Source: Promethearchaeota archaeon
Lineage (GTDB): Archaea > Asgardarchaeota > Lokiarchaeia > Sigyniarchaeales > Promethearchaeaceae
Direction of reading: 5' to 3'
Assembly (NCBI GenBank): GCA_016933055.1
Contig: JAFGBS010000009.1
Coordinates: 450,001 to 482,000, forward strand
Length of the DNA stretch: 32,000 bases
The position numbers and the translations under genes are program-made. This document shows positions 27,001-32,000 of this stretch, piece after piece. Each line of letters begins with the position of its first letter. Position 1 is the first letter of the stretch. The notes beneath the pieces were generated by a model. That model saw only the letters and a program-made list of their open reading frames with translations, did not search any database and had not been told where the DNA came from.

Positions 27001-27339
27001 CTATTGCTTTTTCCGTTTAGCATCACGGATTTTTTTCCTTTCATCCTCTCGTTGGTCTTTTGGCATATTCCTAATGATGATATATTTTGGTTCAAATTTT
27101 ATAGCCGTTTCATATTCTTCGTATATGTTTGCTTGGCATTCTACGTATCTATTCCCATAGCTTGTATGAATATTTTTAATGAACACTAAATTCTCATCAG
27201 CTGTCTCTAAGGCTGCGATTTTCTTTTTTAATTCTAGACGATTAGGTGTTCCTCCAGAATGATCTACCTTGAAATTCACTTCCCGCCTATTGATCAAAGG
27301 ATTGTGTTTTGATTCGATAATATTAATCTTGAAACTCAT
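27001..27339 (-). CDS. rps24e: 30S ribosomal protein S24e (eS24)
   Basis: NPLINRREV, TPNRLELKKKIA and ANIYE; directly upstream of rps27ae. Confidence 0.95.
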   Translation of the reverse strand: MSFKINIIESKHNPLINRREVNFKVDHSGGTPNRLELKKKIAALETADENLVFIKNIHTSYGNRYVECQANIYEEYETAIKFEPKYIIIRNMPKDQREDERKKIRDAKRKKQ

Positions 27340-27501
27340 GTTGCTTGAACTCTTTCGTTCAGTCGATTGTTAGGTGAACGAATCCAAATTAAAAAAATTT
27401 TCTATAGACATAGTTTATGTGAGTTCACTTTAATTCTATCAAATGCATCTGATCACTTTTATTAATCTATAAAAAGAAGTTGTAAACCACCAAGGAAAGA
27501 G

Positions 27502-28968
27502 ATGAAAAAAATGGACAGTATAGGAATAGTTCGTTATGGTGCCTACATGCCTAAATATCTGCTGGATCGTAAAAAGATAGCAGAGGCTTGGGATTTTCCT
27601 TCTATCCCTGGAGGCATTTCAGTCTCAAATAGTGATGAGGACACTATAACAATGGCAGTAGAGGCAGGTTTGGATTGTTTAGGAGAACTGAACCCTAGTG
27701 GTGTGGACGGATTATATTTTGCTACAACCACTCCCCCGTATACAGAAAAACAAAATGCCACCGTAATTGCCAACGCACTGGATTTGCGTAATGATATTAT
27801 CACTATGGATATTACAGATTCTACTAGAGGATCAAGTATAGCTGTAGCACGAGCCTATGAAACAATCCAATCTGGAAATGCTAATTTAATCCTAGTTATA
27901 GCAGCAGATACACAAAAACCCATGCCAGAATCAATGTTTGAATATCAATATGGAGATGGAGCCGCTGCCCTATTAATAGGCAATAAGGATGTAGTATTGT
28001 CTATTTTAGGATATGCATCAACAGCAGATAACGTAATTGGTCCATGGAAGCGCGCTACTGATGAGTACATACGGCAGTTTGAGGGAAAACATGAGGGATT
28101 GTATGGATATAGTCGAAATATGTTAGCAGCCTTTAAAGCATTATTTAAGAAATTAGAAATAGATCCGAGTACAGTTCGTAAAGCAGCGTTATATGCAACC
28201 GATCCCCGTATGGCGTCATCAATTGGAAAAAAAATCGGGTTTAAATCCAAAGCAATTGAAGGAGTTCCCTTTTTGGAATTTGGGAATACCGGTAATGCAT
28301 TTGCTTTGATGACATTCATGTTAGCCATTAAACGAGCCAGAACGGATGATTTAATAGCTTTTGGGAATTATGGGGATGGGGCAGATGCTATTTTATTTAA
28401 AGTATTAGATAAGACCGCTTTATTAGAATTAAGGAAATTCTCCCATGGAATCGTAGGTTATAAGAACACGATGATACCTCTCAAGAGTTATCCGGCATAT
28501 ATTGCTAAAAAGAAACTGCTCACTACGGACAGATACACACGTAAAGCTTCCCCAGTCCGATCATGGCGAGATGAAAAGTTTCTTTACCGATTATATGGTA
28601 TGAAGTGTAAAAATTGTGGGATCGTTCAATATCCCATCCAAAGAGCTTGTTTTGAATGTGGAGCAAAGGACAATAATGAGGAAATTAAAATGCAGCGAAC
28701 AGGTAAGATTTTTACTTATACACTAGACCATCTTGTTGGAGGGGTGTATTATGATACTCCCACACCCAGATGCGTAATTGATCTAGATGGTGGGGGGCGT
28801 ATTTTGTGTGATATGACAGATGTAGAAAATCCGGAGGAAGTAGTGCATATCGGAATGGATGTAGAATTATGCTTTCGATTTATGCATCCAGGAGCTAATT
28901 TTAATAATTATTATTGGAAATGCAAGCCAATTCGATTTCCAAACATTACAGAGGAGGATGAAGAATAA
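27502..28968 (+). CDS. HMG-CoA synthase-like (thiolase-fold) domain fused to DUF35 (Zn-ribbon plus OB-fold), catalytic Cys absent
   Basis: DEDTITMAVEA, YGDGAAALL, GNTGNA and NYGDGADA; DITDSTRG in place of DxxxACxA; C-terminal CKNC...CFEC, GKIFTYT and OB fold. Confidence 0.88.
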   Translation: MKKMDSIGIVRYGAYMPKYLLDRKKIAEAWDFPSIPGGISVSNSDEDTITMAVEAGLDCLGELNPSGVDGLYFATTTPPYTEKQNATVIANALDLRNDIITMDITDSTRGSSIAVARAYETIQSGNANLILVIAADTQKPMPESMFEYQYGDGAAALLIGNKDVVLSILGYASTADNVIGPWKRATDEYIRQFEGKHEGLYGYSRNMLAAFKALFKKLEIDPSTVRKAALYATDPRMASSIGKKIGFKSKAIEGVPFLEFGNTGNAFALMTFMLAIKRARTDDLIAFGNYGDGADAILFKVLDKTALLELRKFSHGIVGYKNTMIPLKSYPAYIAKKKLLTTDRYTRKASPVRSWRDEKFLYRLYGMKCKNCGIVQYPIQRACFECGAKDNNEEIKMQRTGKIFTYTLDHLVGGVYYDTPTPRCVIDLDGGGRILCDMTDVENPEEVVHIGMDVELCFRFMHPGANFNNYYWKCKPIRFPNITEEDEE

Positions 28969-30151
28969 AATGCCGAGACAAGGAATAAGAGATCGTGTAG
29001 CTATCATAGGGGTGGGATATCTTAAATTTGGAGAAAGCTGGGAAAAGAATGCTGAAGATCTCTTAATAGAAGCGGTATATAATGCGTATAATGATGCGGG
29101 TATAAAGGAACCACAAGAAGAAATTGATGCGGGATGGGTGGGAATCCAGTATTATTTTACGGGACTTTCTGGTTCAACGTTAGCTGACTATATCAAACTT
29201 TATGGAAAACCCATGACTCGGGTGGAAAATTTCTGTGCCTCGGGTATGGATGCATTTCGTAATGCTGCTAATTCAGTAGCTGCGGGAACTGCGGATATTG
29301 CATTAGCATGCGGAGTTGAAAAACTTATGGATGAGGGAGGATCGGGTCTACCTGGATTTCGGGAATTTGGACATCCTGTATTGCCGTTACCCTCTGCACC
29401 AGCCATGTTCTCAATGGCAGCAACGCGTTCATTTCATAAATGGGGATGGACAAAAGAGGATATCGGACGAGTAGCTGTAAAAAATCATGCCAATGGTGTA
29501 CATCATCCTATGGCTCACTTCCGAAAAGCAGTGGATTTAGAAACCGTTCTAAGTGCTCCTATGATATCTGATCCCCTCGGTCGGTTTGATTGTTGTGCAA
29601 TGAGTGATGGAGCAGCAGCTCTGATCTTAACCACTCCCGAGATTGCAGAAAGTTATGCTCATGCGGGTGATTATGTACTAGTTAAAGCAAATGCAATTGC
29701 GGTGGAGACGATGACACCGTGGTATAAACCCTCTTATACATTTACTGAATTTAATTCCACAGTGAAAGCAGCAGAACTTGCATATAAAGAAGCAAAAATT
29801 ACAAATCCTAAGAAGGAGATCTCTTTTGCAGAAGTACATGACTGCTTTACTATAACTGAATTAATTGATTGTCAAGATTTACAATTCAGTGATCCGGGTA
29901 AAGCTGCTGAAGATCTCAAAAATGAAAGATTCAATGCGGACGGAGAGCAACCAGTGAATATAAGTGGAGGACTTAAATGCTTTGGTCATCCAATAGGCGC
30001 AACGGGATGCAGAATGCTCGTGGAAATCACTAAACAACTTCAAGGACGAGCCGATGGATTGCAGGTAAAAGATCCCGAATTGGGTTTGGCTCATAACCTG
30101 GGGGGCGCTTTCACCGTAGCAGCTGTGACAATTCTTGGCAAGAAAGAATGA
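28958..30151 (+). CDS. Acetyl-CoA acetyltransferase, SCP2/non-specific lipid-transfer-type thiolase
   Basis: VENFCASG, DCCAMSDGAAA, EVHDCFT, GGLKCFGHPIGATG and HNLGG. The likely start is ATG 28970, behind the SD-like GAGGAGG at 28951-28957. Confidence 0.92.
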   Translation: MKNKMPRQGIRDRVAIIGVGYLKFGESWEKNAEDLLIEAVYNAYNDAGIKEPQEEIDAGWVGIQYYFTGLSGSTLADYIKLYGKPMTRVENFCASGMDAFRNAANSVAAGTADIALACGVEKLMDEGGSGLPGFREFGHPVLPLPSAPAMFSMAATRSFHKWGWTKEDIGRVAVKNHANGVHHPMAHFRKAVDLETVLSAPMISDPLGRFDCCAMSDGAAALILTTPEIAESYAHAGDYVLVKANAIAVETMTPWYKPSYTFTEFNSTVKAAELAYKEAKITNPKKEISFAEVHDCFTITELIDCQDLQFSDPGKAAEDLKNERFNADGEQPVNISGGLKCFGHPIGATGCRMLVEITKQLQGRADGLQVKDPELGLAHNLGGAFTVAAVTILGKKE

Positions 30152-30183
30152 TCACCCTACGTTATTAAGTTAAAATCCTCATC

Positions 30184-30193
30184 TTTTTTTTTT
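30184..30193 (+). terminator. Oligo-T tract, putative archaeal intrinsic terminator of the HMGS-like/thiolase transcript
   Basis: A run of about 10 T lies roughly 33 nt after the thiolase stop. Confidence 0.4.
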
Positions 30194-30291
30194 CACATTT
30201 AATTAACATCCAATTTGGAATCGAGAGTATATCTTTCATTTAATGCTAAATAACGTAATGTTAAAATTTTCAGCGTAAATAGAAGTAGTAT

Positions 30292-30447
30292 ATGAAATAT
30301 TCTAACCACAACCACCAAAAAAGTGCGGATAGTGACGAAATTGTGGTAGATTTACAACTCGCAAGCGATTCGAACACAATAAGGGGATTGAAAAATCTTG
30401 AATTCTTTATACGTAAACCATTTTGCGGTAGTGGAAGAGCTTGCTAA
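30292..30447 (+). CDS. Possible 51-aa small protein with two C-terminal cysteines
   Basis: Manual translation: MKYSNHNHQKSADSDEIVVDLQLASDSNTIRGLKNLEFFIRKPFCGSGRAC. It is below the track cut-off and ends 4 nt before the convergent CoA-transferase stop. Confidence 0.3.
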   Translation: MKYSNHNHQKSADSDEIVVDLQLASDSNTIRGLKNLEFFIRKPFCGSGRAC

Positions 30448-30451
30448 ATAA

Positions 30452-31651
30452 CTAGCGAAATATACCCCTTTTTTTCATTTCATTTATTTCATCGTTGGAA
30501 TATCCAATTGAAATAAGTAGTTCGTGAGTATTTTCTCCGACTTTTGGTGCGTTTCTATTAATTTGAAGGGAACTGGATCTAAATTTGATGGGACTTCCAA
30601 TCGATTTTATTTTTCCTGCTTTAGGATGGATTTCTTCTTTTATCATTTTCCGATCAATATAATGAGGTTCTTTTAGCGCTTCCCCAAAGGATTGGATAGG
30701 AGTAACACATGCTTCAAATTTTTCAAAAATCTTAATCCACTCTTTTTTGGTTTTGGATAGAAATTTCTTCCTGAATTTTTCATAAATTTCCTTTCTCTCC
30801 TCCCCACGTGCATACTGCTTCGGGATATATTGGGGTAATTCCAAAGCATTGCATAGATTTGTGTAAAATTTCATCTCGATCGCTCCTACTGCCATGAATT
30901 TACCATCTTTTGTTCGATATATGGAATAGTAAGGGTGATTTCCTCCATGAAGAATATTCTCCTCTTGCGAGGTATTTGTGAATTCGAAAGCAGCAACCAT
31001 TGGATTCATGGATAAAACACAGTCTGCCATGGAAATGTCCACATGATCCCCTTTCTTATCTGGGGCTCCCTCCCGTTTTTTTAATGCAGCAAGAATACCA
31101 ATCACCGCATATAAGGCCCCTCCTATATCTGCTACTTGCACACACGGAATAACGGGTTGGGGATCCTCATGATCACGATGGATATTTAATCCTAGCAATC
31201 CACTTAAACTTAAATAATTAATATCATGTCCTGCTTCTTTGCTTTTGGGACTCGTTTGTCCGTATCCCGTAATTGAGCAATAAACGATCGAAGGATTGAT
31301 TTGTGACAGAGAATCATAATCAATTCCCAATTTCTTTGTTACACCGGGTCGAAAACCTTCCACTATGATATCAGCTTTTTTTACAAATTTTTGCACAACA
31401 TCTAGAGCACCTTTGCTTGCTTTTTTTAAGTTAAGGCTAATAGATTTTGAATTACGATTCAAAATTGCATTAAAAGCACTAATAGAGGTACCCTCATAGA
31501 AAGGAGGGGGATTACCCCAAAGAAAATTCGGATCTTCAATGCGGATGACTTCTGCTCCCAAATCTGCAAGGATCATACTGCAATAGGGTCCTGGGAGCAT
31601 GCGTGAAAAATCAAGAACACGGATACCTTTGAGCGGGAGTGACTTACTCAT
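30452..31651 (-). CDS. CaiB/BaiF (family III) CoA-transferase, alpha-methylacyl-CoA racemase-like
   Basis: GIRVLDFSRMLPGPYC...LADLGAEVIRIE, LNRNSKSISLNLK, EGFRPGV, SITGYGQT, GHDINY and QVADIGG. Confidence 0.92.
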   Translation of the reverse strand: MSKSLPLKGIRVLDFSRMLPGPYCSMILADLGAEVIRIEDPNFLWGNPPPFYEGTSISAFNAILNRNSKSISLNLKKASKGALDVVQKFVKKADIIVEGFRPGVTKKLGIDYDSLSQINPSIVYCSITGYGQTSPKSKEAGHDINYLSLSGLLGLNIHRDHEDPQPVIPCVQVADIGGALYAVIGILAALKKREGAPDKKGDHVDISMADCVLSMNPMVAAFEFTNTSQEENILHGGNHPYYSIYRTKDGKFMAVGAIEMKFYTNLCNALELPQYIPKQYARGEERKEIYEKFRKKFLSKTKKEWIKIFEKFEACVTPIQSFGEALKEPHYIDRKMIKEEIHPKAGKIKSIGSPIKFRSSSLQINRNAPKVGENTHELLISIGYSNDEINEMKKRGIFR

Positions 31652-31713
31652 ACTTAGTGTTGAGGTTAGATGGTTAAAAAAAATTAGGAAAAAAACTTTG
31701 GAAAAAATTGAAT

Positions 31714-32000
31714 TTAACTCTGTTGATCCTCATCTCGTAAAACTCGTCTCAGAACTTTACCCACTAAAGTCTTTGGAAGTTCTTTTACTATAGTAATCTC
31801 TCTTGGATACTTATACCAGCTGAGATTCTCTTTACACCATTCTATTATATCTTCTTCCGTAATTTTTCCGACATATTCCGGTTTTAATGATACAGCAGCT
31901 TTTATAGTCTCTCCTATTTCGGGATCATCGGATTTTGCTCCATAAACCCCAACTTCGAGTATAGGTTCAAATTGGTATAAGAGATCTTCAACCTCTCGTG
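31714..32000 (-). CDS. Acyl-CoA synthetase (AMP-binding enzyme) C-terminal fragment; runs off the right edge
   Basis: Not in the ORF track. Manual translation: REVEDLLYQFEPILEVGVYG...GETIKAAVSLK...WYKYPREITIVKELPKTLVGKVLRRVLRDEDQQS*, containing the A10 motif PKTxxGK. Confidence 0.88.
   Translation of the reverse strand, partial: REVEDLLYQFEPILEVGVYGAKSDDPEIGETIKAAVSLKPEYVGKITEEDIIEWCKENLSWYKYPREITIVKELPKTLVGKVLRRVLRDEDQQS

Noticed and set aside
27502-28968. Functional mevalonate-pathway HMG-CoA synthase
   Set aside because: The catalytic Cys and His positions are substituted, so it is retained only as HMGS-like.
30355-30390. GATTCGAAC resembling a tRNA T-loop
   Set aside because: No T-stem, acceptor stem or cloverleaf could be formed around it.
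988-31793. Numerous short alternative-frame and antisense ORFs in the track (e.g. 988-1218, 4613-4864, 16932-17270, 27945-28328, 31599-31793)
   Set aside because: They lie within or opposite well-supported genes and show no motifs, so they are shadow ORFs.
1-32000. CRISPR arrays, IS elements, integrases, prophage genes, rRNA
   Set aside because: No spaced direct repeats, terminal inverted repeats with a transposase, or GC-rich structured RNA stretches were seen; all gaps are short.

Overview
AT-rich, gene-dense archaeal window, most likely from an Asgard archaeon (Loki/Promethearchaeia-like). This is inferred from archaeal eS24/eS31 and a Kae1-Bud32 fusion occurring alongside a longin-small GTPase fusion, a tandem roadblock protein and an EAP30-like protein. 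About 22 CDSs are present, two truncated at the edges and missing from the ORF track. No rRNA, tRNA, CRISPR array or transposase was seen. Main candidates: (1) a single-pass membrane protein carrying what look like two tandem ESCRT-II (Vps22/Vps36, EAP30) winged-helix modules (4440-6008); (2) a ~2000-aa alpha-2-macroglobulin with an intact GCIEQ thioester and a C-terminal membrane anchor; (3) a lipid-catabolic module of acyl-CoA ligase, AMACR-like CoA-transferase, SCP2-type thiolase and a catalytically degenerate HMG-CoA-synthase-DUF35 fusion; (4) an orphan type IIG-like methyltransferase. All family calls come from motif reading and remembered consensus sequences; no searches were run.
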